Source: Candidatus Colwellbacteria bacterium CG10_big_fil_rev_8_21_14_0_10_42_22 (GTDB taxonomy: Bacteria; Patescibacteriota; Minisyncoccia; UBA6257; Colwellbacteraceae). Taken from it: DNA of 64,000 bases. Both the position numbers and the translations under genes were made by a program. Under the pieces are notes generated by a model. That model made no database searches and was not told the DNA's origin. It was given only the letters and a program-made list of their open reading frames with translations. Of this stretch, positions 20,265 through 28,663 are shown in pieces (within the stretch, counting starts at the first letter, position 1; every line of letters starts with the position of its first letter). The stretch lies in the NCBI GenBank assembly GCA_002773725.1, contig PFAH01000005.1, positions 17,456-81,455 of the forward strand. Direction: 5' to 3'.

Positions 20265-21557
20265 ATGAGGAAGAAAATATTAAACCTATTTAATTTTCTT
20301 CTTAAACATCTCGCGAGAGCAACTATCAGGAGACGCAATCCGAGAATTATTGGTATTACAGGTAGCGTGGGTAAGACATCAACCAGAACGGCCATCTATA
20401 CAGTCCTTAAACAGGCCGGTCTCAATGTGCGAGCTGCGGGTGGTAATCTAAATAATGAAACGGGTTTTCCCCTAGCTATTTTAGGGAATTACAACAAACC
20501 AGGTGGAGTTTTGTTTCTTTCGAACGCAATTCTAAAAGGATTTTTTGCACTATTTTTACCAAACATTAAATATCCTAAGATATTAATCCTCGAATACTCG
20601 GCCGATAAACCCGGTGATTTGGACTATCTCATAGATATAGCAAGGCCCAATATCGCTGTTGTGACCGCGATAGGAACGGTGCCCGTGCACGTAGAGTTCT
20701 ATAAGGATGTCGAACAGGTGGTTCTAGAGAAATCTAAGCTTGTTGAGGCAGTATCCCCAGGCGGAACAATCGTTCTCAACCTAGATGATCCAGACGTAGT
20801 TCAAATGAAAGGGAGATCTGGAGTAAGAACTAAAACTTATGGTTTTGATGCCAACGCAGATGTTCAGTTGAGCAATTTTAAAAATTTAACAAAAGACAAT
20901 ATTCCATTAGGAGCCAGCTTTAATATCAGAATTAGTGGAGAATCAGTAGGAACTGTTATTGAAGGCGCCCTAGGAAAATCTCAGGCATATTCTTCGGGCG
21001 CCGCCATAGCCGTTGGAAGTATCGTTGGTCTGACTTTGGGCGAAATGAAGAGAGCGTTATCTAAATATAGGGGTGAAAAAGGAAGAGGGCGTATCATAGA
21101 GGGCATCAAGAATACCTACATAATAGACGACACATACAACGCTTCTCCAAAATCTACTCAAAATGCCCTAGAAACCCTAAAAGACATTAGCGCCAAACGC
21201 AAAGTAGCGGTCTTGGGAGATATGTTGGAGTTAGGAGAATATAGTCAAAAATCACATCAAAATCTCGCAGAACTTGTGGTTAGTGCCGTAGATATCCTCA
21301 TTACAATTGGGAAAGATTCGCGTCTTATTGGAGAACAGGCAAAAGAGAAGGGATTGTCTCCAGAAAATATATTTCATTTTGAAAGGTCTTTAGAGGCGAT
21401 AGATAAACTTAAAGAAATTTTACGAGAAGAGGACGTAATTTTAGTTAAGGGTTCACAGTCAATTCGTACTGAAAAACTAGTCAAGGCAATTATGAAAAAT
21501 CCACAAGAAGCTAAATCTTTATTAGTTCGCCAATACGGCAAGTGGTTGAAAAGCTAG
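20265..21557 (+). CDS. murF: Mur ligase family protein, most likely UDP-MurNAc-tripeptide--D-Ala-D-Ala ligase
   Basis: P-loop IGITGSVGKTSTR and Mur ligase central/C-terminal domains; assignment within the Mur family is inferred from length and motif order. Confidence 0.55.
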   Translation: MRKKILNLFNFLLKHLARATIRRRNPRIIGITGSVGKTSTRTAIYTVLKQAGLNVRAAGGNLNNETGFPLAILGNYNKPGGVLFLSNAILKGFFALFLPNIKYPKILILEYSADKPGDLDYLIDIARPNIAVVTAIGTVPVHVEFYKDVEQVVLEKSKLVEAVSPGGTIVLNLDDPDVVQMKGRSGVRTKTYGFDANADVQLSNFKNLTKDNIPLGASFNIRISGESVGTVIEGALGKSQAYSSGAAIAVGSIVGLTLGEMKRALSKYRGEKGRGRIIEGIKNTYIIDDTYNASPKSTQNALETLKDISAKRKVAVLGDMLELGEYSQKSHQNLAELVVSAVDILITIGKDSRLIGEQAKEKGLSPENIFHFERSLEAIDKLKEILREEDVILVKGSQSIRTEKLVKAIMKNPQEAKSLLVRQYGKWLKS

Positions 21558-22303
21558 ATTTTTTTAATCAGATTTTCAGCGAGGTGAAGATCCTCTAATG
21601 TATTGACGCCCACGCACTCTAATGGATCTATATTTATAGAATTAATCATCTCGCCATTTTCAATGGCTATATGAATTAAATCAGTAAGATAATATTCTTC
21701 GGCAGCATTATTTTTGTTCAGTTTTTTGAGATTCTCCCAGAGCCAGCTTGTATTGAAACAATATAGAGCTGGGTTAATCTCCATTATCTTAAGTTGCTCT
21801 TCGCTAGCATCCTTTTTTTCAATAATGGCGTCTATATCTCCATTTATATTTCTCACGATGCGTCCAAAACTATAAAATGATTTTCGCCAATCTTCATAAT
21901 TCTCAACTTTTCCGGTGGCAATTGTGATAGGGGAATCGTTTGATTCGTGAGATTCTTTTAATCGTTTAATCGTTTCTGGTTTTGTGAGAGGCACATCGCC
22001 ATTAAGAACAATTACATTATCCACACTTTTATCTACTGCCCCTTGGGTACAAATAACTGCATGTCCCGTGCCAAGCTGTTCTTTTTGTAAGACATATTCA
22101 TATTTATCACCTAGAACTTTTTTAACTTCTTCTGCTTGATAGCCAACAATTACAATAGGTCGTGAGTCAATCTTCGATTTTTCTACAGATTCAAGTAAAT
22201 GTAATATCACAGGTTTTCCCCTAAGCGGAGTTAACACCTTAACGATATCTGAGTTCATGCGAGTGCCCTTACCAGCAGCCATCACTACTATGCGTGTTTT
22301 CAT
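21554..22303 (-). CDS. GlmU-like sugar-phosphate nucleotidyltransferase, N-terminal domain only (no left-handed helix acetyltransferase domain)
   Basis: MKTRIVVMAAGKGTRMNS...LTPL (G-x-G-T-R-M NTP-transferase motif) in a 249 aa protein; stop overlaps the murF end. Confidence 0.7.
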   Translation of the reverse strand: MKTRIVVMAAGKGTRMNSDIVKVLTPLRGKPVILHLLESVEKSKIDSRPIVIVGYQAEEVKKVLGDKYEYVLQKEQLGTGHAVICTQGAVDKSVDNVIVLNGDVPLTKPETIKRLKESHESNDSPITIATGKVENYEDWRKSFYSFGRIVRNINGDIDAIIEKKDASEEQLKIMEINPALYCFNTSWLWENLKKLNKNNAAEEYYLTDLIHIAIENGEMINSINIDPLECVGVNTLEDLHLAENLIKKI

Positions 22304-22325
22304 GTAAAAGATATTTTAACACAAC

Positions 22326-22354
22326 TGGCGGAGGGGGAGGGATTCTTCCCTCTC
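22326..22354 (-). pseudogene. tRNA-Ser 3'-end fragment (T-arm remnant + CCCCTCC acceptor strand + G + CCA); inverted copy of the 3' end of tRNA-Ser(UGA) at 24057..24074
   Basis: Minus-strand reads GAGAGGGAAGAATCCCTCCCCCTCCGCCA; 18 nt (GAATCCCTCCCCCTCCGC) are identical to the tRNA-Ser(UGA) 3' end, but no 5' half is present. Confidence 0.45.
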
Positions 22355-22430
22355 GGCCCAACTCTCCGGATTGGTTGCCGGGAGCAATCCGCCGAAACTT
22401 TAGTGTAGGCGGAGAACCCTCGAGGCAGAG

Positions 22431-22636
22431 CGGAGGGGGCGGGACTCGAACCCACAAGTCCTTTACAGGACTACTTGTTTTCGAAACAAGCTCCTCATCC
22501 AGCCGGATCCCCTCCGCTCTGCTCCTAGGTTTTCCCGCCGCCGCTTCGCTGTGGCGGACTGCGATTTGTAGTTGAACCTACTGTTCAAACAAATCGGGAG
22601 CAAAACCAGCGCGTTCAACCGCTCTGCCACCCCTCC
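22431..22636 (-). tRNA. interrupted tRNA-Ser(CGA)-like gene: a Ser-type 5' half and a complete anticodon/variable/T/acceptor 3' half separated by ~125 nt
   Basis: 5' part GGAGGGG-TG-GCA-GAGCGGTTGAA-CGC-G-CTGGT; 3' part CTTGT-TTCGAAA-ACAAG + long variable arm + GTGGG-TTCGAGT-CCCGC + CCCCTCC + G73. The two acceptor strands pair perfectly; the intervening segment contains a partial duplicate GCAGAGCGGAGGGG that can pair with the 3' end. It is not a canonical contiguous tRNA. Confidence 0.45.
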
Positions 22637-22664
22637 GTTCTTTAATAAAAATGCTTTTTAATAC

Positions 22665-23099
22665 TTATTTTTGCAAGTTGTTAAATTCTCCTGCGAAATA
22701 GTCTCGAGCAATTCTAATAAAAAAAAGAGAGGGGTTAGCGTTCAGAACATCTTCAAGATTGTTGGCTATTTCGAAGCCCTGCCCTTCATATACTTCGAGC
22801 TTAGACTCATCTACGTTTTCGACCAAGAAACAATATAAATCATTATCCTCTCCGTCTACCTCCTTTGTTCGCTCATATTTCTTTACAAATATCAGGTCTT
22901 CCTTATTAAGATTTAAATTTGTTTCTTCGTTTATCTCCCGAAGAGCTCCTTTCGAAGGGGTTTCTCCCAATTCAATGGTGCCTCCAAACGTAGTGGCTTT
23001 TCCGGGGTTTGTTATGTTCGGCTTGTTGTCGCGACGTTGAAGAATGATGCGCTTGTTACGATTGGTTAATAATATCTCTGCACTTGGCCTATTTCTCAT
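22665..23099 (-). CDS. NUDIX hydrolase
   Basis: Nudix box GGTIELGETPSKGALREINEETNL; start moved to the internal MRNRP because the upstream extension would overlap tRNA-Ala. Confidence 0.75.
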   Translation of the reverse strand: MRNRPSAEILLTNRNKRIILQRRDNKPNITNPGKATTFGGTIELGETPSKGALREINEETNLNLNKEDLIFVKKYERTKEVDGEDNDLYCFLVENVDESKLEVYEGQGFEIANNLEDVLNANPSLFFIRIARDYFAGEFNNLQK

Positions 23100-23103
23100 G
23101 ATG

Positions 23104-23174
23104 TGGACCCGGGGGGAATCGAACCCCCAACTCATCCATGCCATGGATGTGTGTTACCGTTATACCACGGGCCC
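23104..23174 (-). tRNA. tRNA-Ala (anticodon GGC) with G3:U70 identity pair
   Basis: Acceptor GGGCCCG/CGGGTCC with G3-U70, anticodon stem CATCC/GGATG with loop ATGGCAT, T-arm GGGGG TTCGATT CCCCC; D-stem has one mismatch. Confidence 0.65.
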
Positions 23175-23187
23175 CCTTCAAACTTCA

Positions 23188-23862
23188 TTATTCTAAAGAC
23201 ATTCTAGCTATAATGTCTAGTTCTAATTGTATTTCTGTCCCACCCCCAATAATCACACATACTCCTTTATAGCCACCTTTATTTGTTTTCTTTCCTTTTG
23301 TTCTGGGGTCGGGCTTGGTCTTATAAAAATTCTTTTTAGGAATATTTATTATTTTAGACCAATATGCTATTAACTCTTCGAGGTCTTGATCGACCCTGTA
23401 GTTAATTCTCGCACGGAGGAGCGTATTATCAATGTTATAGCATCGATTTAATAATCTAAGATAAATTTTTACGATATCTGGGTCAGCGCTTCCTAAGGAC
23501 AGGCCACGATAAGAACTCCATTTAGATCCTTCTCCTAAATACAACATTGCGAGTGCGATCTTTGCGGTGTCTTCGTCTTTGATAAAGTTGGTAAAAGGCT
23601 TGTTCTTATTCTTTAGTGAATTTAAATACTCCTTTCGTTTATTTTTGTTTGAGGTGATCGCAGATTCGCGAGCCTTCAAAAGATTTTTAGATGATAGTTT
23701 TGCGATTCTTTCTTGCTGTTGAGGAGATAGGCTAATGTTCTTACACCAATAGGCAAGAGTACTTTTAGGAACTTGTGTTTTTAACATTTGTTGAATCTCA
23801 GAATAAGTTTTTCCTTGTCGTCTCAGCCTAGACGCTTCTTTTCTCAGGATTTCATATTGCAT
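23188..23862 (-). CDS. free-standing LAGLIDADG-family homing endonuclease with N-terminal resolvase-type HTH
   Basis: Single LAGLIDADG-like motif IALAMLYLGEGSKWS and N-terminal HTH (RQGKTYSEIQQML); 224 aa. Confidence 0.6.
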   Translation of the reverse strand: MQYEILRKEASRLRRQGKTYSEIQQMLKTQVPKSTLAYWCKNISLSPQQQERIAKLSSKNLLKARESAITSNKNKRKEYLNSLKNKNKPFTNFIKDEDTAKIALAMLYLGEGSKWSSYRGLSLGSADPDIVKIYLRLLNRCYNIDNTLLRARINYRVDQDLEELIAYWSKIINIPKKNFYKTKPDPRTKGKKTNKGGYKGVCVIIGGGTEIQLELDIIARMSLE

Positions 23863-23984
23863 TAATATATTGTACCATAGAACTTCTTGATGTGTAATAA
23901 GGACAGTTGTTTTTTATTTAGATAGAGTCAGAATTTGTGCCCGTTGAAAAAGAAGCTTGTGGAATATATGCTTTATGCATCTTG

Positions 23985-24073
23985 GGAGGGGTGGCTGAGT
24001 GGATGAAGGCACCAGTCTTGAAAACTGGCATGGGGTTTACGCTCCATCGAGGGTTCGAATCCCTCCCCCTCCG
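23985..24073 (+). tRNA. tRNA-Ser (anticodon UGA), type II
   Basis: GGAGGGG acceptor, GCT-GAGTGGATGAA-GGC D-arm, anticodon stem CCAGT/ACTGG with loop CTTGAAA, long variable arm, T-arm GAGGG TTCGAAT CCCTC, then CCCCTCC-G. Confidence 0.8.
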
Positions 24074-24164
24074 CAGTGACAACCTAGTATCGGAGCTGAC
24101 CCGAGAGTCCTGATGAATTGAAGGTTTTGCGTTATCCTTCTATTAGTAAAAGTTTATATCCCAT

Positions 24165-25799
24165 ATGCCAGATTTATCCAACAAAGAACATATGGATCGG
24201 CTCAAGAAGTTCTCGCAGAAGATTAGTCGAGAGTCTTCTATACCCAAGAAATTAGTTGTTGCTGGGCCTGGTGCCGGTAAGACAAAATCTTTTAAAGCAT
24301 TATTGGATGCGCAACCTGCGGATAGTGGGGTGTTGGTATTAACTTTTCTGGGGAATTTAAAGAGGGAGTTGGAGAGGGATCTTGGGCATGCATCGTCAGT
24401 GTTCACGTTCCACGGGTACTGCCATCACTTACTCAGGAAATATGCCGTACTTCGGAGAGGATTAAGTAATGACTTTTTCTACTGTCCAGATTCCCTAGAA
24501 ATAATTAGAGAGGACTGGAAAGTCTTGAATAATGGTGAACCCCCGGACTTTATTTCTCCTCTCCGTTCAAATTTGAAGAACGAACTAACAGAGTTCTACT
24601 TAGACCGTAGTGATTACTACGATGCAATTGGTTTCGACGACTCTATCTTCAGGATTTATCACTCCCTTGCAAGCGAGCCGGAGATTGACTTGTCATACGA
24701 CCTGATACTCATCGATGAATTCCAGGATTTCAATAAACTTGAATCTGATTTTGTCGAGCTGATAAGTAGCCTTGGCCCAATAGTAATTGCGGGGGATGAC
24801 GACCAAGGTTTATACGAAGATAGGTTAGCAAGCCCAAAACATATAAGTGATCTGTATTTGGCGGCAGAATACAAGAACTATGAACTCCCGTACTGCACAC
24901 GGTGTACAAAAGTTATTGTTGATAGTGCAAATAAATTTATGCAAGAGTGCGAAGCCAGAAATATTATTAAGAATAGGATTCCGAAAAAGTTTGAATACTG
25001 CCCCCCGATCAAAGAGATTGATAGCAAACAATATACCTTCATCGAGGTTGTAGAAACATCAGTACAAAGTGGGTCAGTGAATTACTTTGGTCGTTACATT
25101 GAAAGAGAGATCAGAAGTATTCTGCCGGACGATATTGCCAAGTCTCGTAGCGAGGGATTTCTGACTGCATTAATTATCGCCTCTAATCCGTTCCGGCGAG
25201 CTATTGAGGACCACTTTCGGAGTAACCCCGACATTGAGTTGCAAAGCTCCAAGAATGATTTTGAGCCAGTAGATAGAGATACCGCTATAAGGAAGCTCGC
25301 TGACTATCCGAAATCAAATCTATGGTGGCGATTCATTCTCTCGTACGATAAACCTGAGGGCTGGCAGGAGATAGTGAAAGGCAGTACCTCAAAAGATGCG
25401 CTTATTGGACTCGTTCCCGATGAATTCAGAAATTCTGTTTTAGAAGAAGTAAGGGGTCTACGATCACGAGATAGAGCAGATAAAACACCCCAGCCAATAG
25501 ATGAGACAAAGCCCTTAGTAAAAATAGTGACCTTTGAAGGATCAAAGGGGCTTTCTGCTTCGCATGTTTTCATAGCTGGAATGCAAGACGGTACGCTCCC
25601 CAGGAATCCTAAAGAGCCGAGTCATATTGACGCAAAGAAGTTCTACGTTGCACTTACGCGCACTAGGAAGCATTGCCATATTCTTTTCTCAAGAAACTTA
25701 GGAGGTTACAATAATGGCAAACCATCAATCTTTCTCGACTGGATAGATGACGGTAATAAACGAAGTTTGTACGCAGACAAAACATACTTTAATAATTAG
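24165..25799 (+). CDS. UvrD/Rep-like superfamily 1 DNA helicase (compact, 544 aa)
   Basis: Walker A VVAGPGAGKTKSF, motif II LILIDEFQDFN, C-terminal motif VI YVALTRTRKHCHIL; it is the first gene after tRNA-Ser(UGA). Confidence 0.7.
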   Translation: MPDLSNKEHMDRLKKFSQKISRESSIPKKLVVAGPGAGKTKSFKALLDAQPADSGVLVLTFLGNLKRELERDLGHASSVFTFHGYCHHLLRKYAVLRRGLSNDFFYCPDSLEIIREDWKVLNNGEPPDFISPLRSNLKNELTEFYLDRSDYYDAIGFDDSIFRIYHSLASEPEIDLSYDLILIDEFQDFNKLESDFVELISSLGPIVIAGDDDQGLYEDRLASPKHISDLYLAAEYKNYELPYCTRCTKVIVDSANKFMQECEARNIIKNRIPKKFEYCPPIKEIDSKQYTFIEVVETSVQSGSVNYFGRYIEREIRSILPDDIAKSRSEGFLTALIIASNPFRRAIEDHFRSNPDIELQSSKNDFEPVDRDTAIRKLADYPKSNLWWRFILSYDKPEGWQEIVKGSTSKDALIGLVPDEFRNSVLEEVRGLRSRDRADKTPQPIDETKPLVKIVTFEGSKGLSASHVFIAGMQDGTLPRNPKEPSHIDAKKFYVALTRTRKHCHILFSRNLGGYNNGKPSIFLDWIDDGNKRSLYADKTYFNN

Positions 25800-27124
25800 C
25801 TCATGTCTCCTAAAGAAATCTGCATGTTCTGGTAAACAAGCCTACTCCTCAAATTTGCCAGTAAATCTCGCTTCTCACTAACACTCCCTTCTCTGAGCAA
25901 ATACTTCGCATAGGTCTTGAGGTCTATGTCATCTGTGTTTGCTTCCTGCTCGCCATTACCCAAGACAGCGTTTTGGAATTTGTTGAATCTCTTTACCTCC
26001 TCCTGCAACTTCATCTTCATTCCTAACTCATTGATATTTAGTTCATCAACAATCTTTAGTAATTCTTTAATTAGCTCCCCCTCACGAATGTATTTGTTCT
26101 TGCAGTACCTGTCTCTCCCTCGCGTACACCCATAGTAGACATACTTAGCAGTAGTTCCATCTCGCAATTTCTTATATTTCTCTTCGGCCGTTATACCAGA
26201 ACCACATAATCCACAAACCATAAGCTTCGTGAAGGCAAACTCTTTGTTTTCTCGCGTAATCTGGTCGCGTTTCAGATGTGCCTGCACTTTCTCAAATAAT
26301 TCCTGGTTGATAAGGGGCTTGTGTTTCCCTTGATACCAGTTGCCACTCTCTCGCGGATACTCAAAGGTCCCATAGTAGAAAGAATTCTGAAGTGTTCTAT
26401 AGATGCCACTTAATGTGAGCGGCTTGTTTCCTCTCGTCTTAAAGTTCATCTCAAATCGGAGCCAGTGATCCACTTTCCTCCCACTCCACATCTCATACGC
26501 TACTTTCTCGAACATCTGCTTCACGATTGGTGAACGTACAGGATCAATGACTACGTGGCCCTTCTTATCCATGCGATTTTGATTGAGATATCCCAATGGA
26601 GCCACTGTCGGCCAGAGACCCATCTCGCATCGTGTTCGCAATCCTCGTTTAACGTTAATGCCTCTATGGTCATTCTCTAGCTTAGCTTGCGAGCCGAGAA
26701 TCATAAGAAGAAACTTCTCATTTGGGTTGTCTGTAAATCTTTGTCCGTACGTCCGTATTTCGAGAAGCAGCTTCTGGTCCATCAAATCCACAATCGCTCC
26801 AAGGTCCCCAGCGTTCCTGCTCAACCTATCTGGTGCCCACGTTAAAATACCGTTGAATTTCTCCTGGCGAATATCTTCAAGTAGCTCATTAAAGATGATG
26901 CGTTGCCCAGTCTCCTTTGCAGAATGGCTCTCACGCTTCATTTCTACTATCTCTAAGCCCTCTTTCTCTGCGAGTTGGAGCATCTCCTTAACCTGTGATT
27001 CTATCGACAAAGCCTGTCTTTCTTCAGACTCAGATGACTTGCGAGCATATAGGCAGTATTTAACTTTCTCTCGAATCTCTGTGGGGGTAGTCCCCGGACG
27101 TTCTGTTACGGCTGTGTCATCCAT
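25796..27124 (-). CDS. large serine recombinase (resolvase/invertase-type catalytic domain, recombinase domain, zinc ribbon, coiled coil)
   Basis: N-terminal YARKSSESEERQALSIESQ with the catalytic Ser, C-terminal CGLCGS...YYGCTRGRDRYC zinc ribbon, 442 aa. Confidence 0.85.
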   Translation of the reverse strand: MDDTAVTERPGTTPTEIREKVKYCLYARKSSESEERQALSIESQVKEMLQLAEKEGLEIVEMKRESHSAKETGQRIIFNELLEDIRQEKFNGILTWAPDRLSRNAGDLGAIVDLMDQKLLLEIRTYGQRFTDNPNEKFLLMILGSQAKLENDHRGINVKRGLRTRCEMGLWPTVAPLGYLNQNRMDKKGHVVIDPVRSPIVKQMFEKVAYEMWSGRKVDHWLRFEMNFKTRGNKPLTLSGIYRTLQNSFYYGTFEYPRESGNWYQGKHKPLINQELFEKVQAHLKRDQITRENKEFAFTKLMVCGLCGSGITAEEKYKKLRDGTTAKYVYYGCTRGRDRYCKNKYIREGELIKELLKIVDELNINELGMKMKLQEEVKRFNKFQNAVLGNGEQEANTDDIDLKTYAKYLLREGSVSEKRDLLANLRSRLVYQNMQISLGDMS

Positions 27125-27187
27125 ATATACATGAATGACACACCTTCACGGGGCGTCCAGAGAGCCTAGTTGGTAACTTGTAGGTAA

Positions 27188-28663
27188 TTAGATCTTGTCC
27201 ATTTTACCAACTGCCCACGCACTCGTTCTTGCTTCGATTGCCGCGGTGACTGCTATCACAAGCGCATCCACTAAATCATCGTGCCTTTCTGTTCCGAAGC
27301 CGATTAATTGTTCGATGAGTTTTTCGCACCCTTCCATAGGGAATAGAACACGTCCTGATTTAATCCACGCAGAAATCCCTATAAGCCGGGTGCGTTTGTC
27401 CTGTGTTCCTATTTTCACCCCTTTAGCTGGGAAACCGTCCTGTGCAAGTTGCTGTGGGAGGGAGCGTTGATATGCCACATCCTCTACAAGAGCTTCAACT
27501 GGTTTTCCGTCACCGAGCATCGTTGCGTAGTACTTCTCCTCATCGAGAGTTGTTGGAAAATCTATTCTCTTATTGATTGGGTGAGGATGAACATACACCA
27601 CTCGTTGTTTGTCGTGACCGAAGAGAGATACGCCAACTATAGCAGTATAGTCGGCTGTTTCGCGTTCGGAGATAGCAAGATCTATTCCCATCTTTGTCCA
27701 GCGGTATTGGTATCCCTCACGAGGGGGCATCGCATCGTAGTGTTGAATCCATTCCCGCTTAATGACTTGATCTCCAGGAGGGACGATCACCAAAAGAAAT
27801 TCTCTCTTCCAAGCCTCCATACTCCCAATTTTCTTGCGTTCAATCTCAAGCGATTCCTTGTCAGGATATTTGCCAAGCCAGAGGGACTTGCCGTTATCAT
27901 CAACTACTGGATGTGTTCTGAAGATTCCAGTGAGCCGACCATCTTGGATTTCTCTCTCTAGGCGTTTTAGAAGTGAATCTTCGTGGAGGAGGTTGCCAAT
28001 GACTATCATCTTTGTGTTTTGGTCTCCAGCGGGAAGAATATCGCCCTTAAACTTCTGGTATGTCTTATCACGCCCTTCCTGGGTGCGTGTCGACTCTAAA
28101 TCTTCTACATCATCAACAACGATGAGGTCAGGACGATACTGCTTATGTTTCACGCCACGAATACGCTGATCAATTGAAAGAAAGACTATCTTCGCGTCAT
28201 ACCAAGGGAGGTAGAGGGTGTAGTTACCCCATTCATCGCTTTCTTCTTTGAATGGTCCCATATCTCGCCTCAAGAGACTGTTATCTTCTAGCTCTCGTTT
28301 AAGGTTCATGAAGCTGTACTTTGACTGGTGCTGAGTGTCATTGATGACGACCACAAACTTCTTTTTTAGTCTTCCAATAATTGCCCATATAGGGAGAGAG
28401 AGTGAGCAGATGGTGGTCTTCCCGGATCCACGAAATGCTACTGTAACCAGAAAGGAAACCTTCTCATCTCCCGTTAGAGACAAGAGTTCTTTCTGGAAGT
28501 TCGCTGTGGAGTGAGTTACGTGATCTCGCAGATAGATGTGAAAGAACCAAAAGTGACTCTCTCTACCAAGAATTCTGCGGAACGCAGGCTTCTTTATGGC
28601 TCTATCAATTATTGCTTTGAGAACTCCTTCTTTATTCATCTTCTTCATCGTCTTTCGGCTCAT
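27188..28663 (-). CDS. phage terminase large subunit (ATPase + RNaseH-like nuclease)
   Basis: Walker A FRGSGKTT, Walker B LIVVDDVED, C-terminal nuclease acidic residues (GIDLAISE...DDLVDAL). Confidence 0.7.
   Translation of the reverse strand: MSRKTMKKMNKEGVLKAIIDRAIKKPAFRRILGRESHFWFFHIYLRDHVTHSTANFQKELLSLTGDEKVSFLVTVAFRGSGKTTICSLSLPIWAIIGRLKKKFVVVINDTQHQSKYSFMNLKRELEDNSLLRRDMGPFKEESDEWGNYTLYLPWYDAKIVFLSIDQRIRGVKHKQYRPDLIVVDDVEDLESTRTQEGRDKTYQKFKGDILPAGDQNTKMIVIGNLLHEDSLLKRLEREIQDGRLTGIFRTHPVVDDNGKSLWLGKYPDKESLEIERKKIGSMEAWKREFLLVIVPPGDQVIKREWIQHYDAMPPREGYQYRWTKMGIDLAISERETADYTAIVGVSLFGHDKQRVVYVHPHPINKRIDFPTTLDEEKYYATMLGDGKPVEALVEDVAYQRSLPQQLAQDGFPAKGVKIGTQDKRTRLIGISAWIKSGRVLFPMEGCEKLIEQLIGFGTERHDDLVDALVIAVTAAIEARTSAWAVGKMDKI

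Noticed and set aside
22294-22575. 93-aa plus-strand ORF upstream of the glmU-like gene
   Set aside because: It overlaps the tRNA-Ser fragment and the interrupted tRNA-Ser region, which are GC-rich RNA-gene sequences.
22431-22636. tmRNA (ssrA) candidate, suggested by the tRNA-like acceptor and T-arm at the ends of a ~200-nt RNA
   Set aside because: The 5' end carries a genuine Ser-type D-arm, which tmRNA lacks. No tag-peptide reading frame ending in a typical ...AA-stop could be found. 206 nt is too short. An interrupted tRNA-Ser explains it better.
22431-22636. Group I intron inside the tRNA
   Set aside because: The ~125-nt insert is far below the minimum size of group I introns, and no P3-P7 core-like sequence is visible.
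22665-23144. Longer NUDIX ORF start (MAWMSWGFDSPRVHIM...)
   Set aside because: The first 15 codons overlap tRNA-Ala(GGC) and are a translation of tRNA sequence; the start was moved to the internal Met at 23099.
26583-27134. 183-aa plus-strand ORF
   Set aside because: Antisense to the serine recombinase gene, which has clear catalytic motifs; Ser/Arg-rich nonsense translation.
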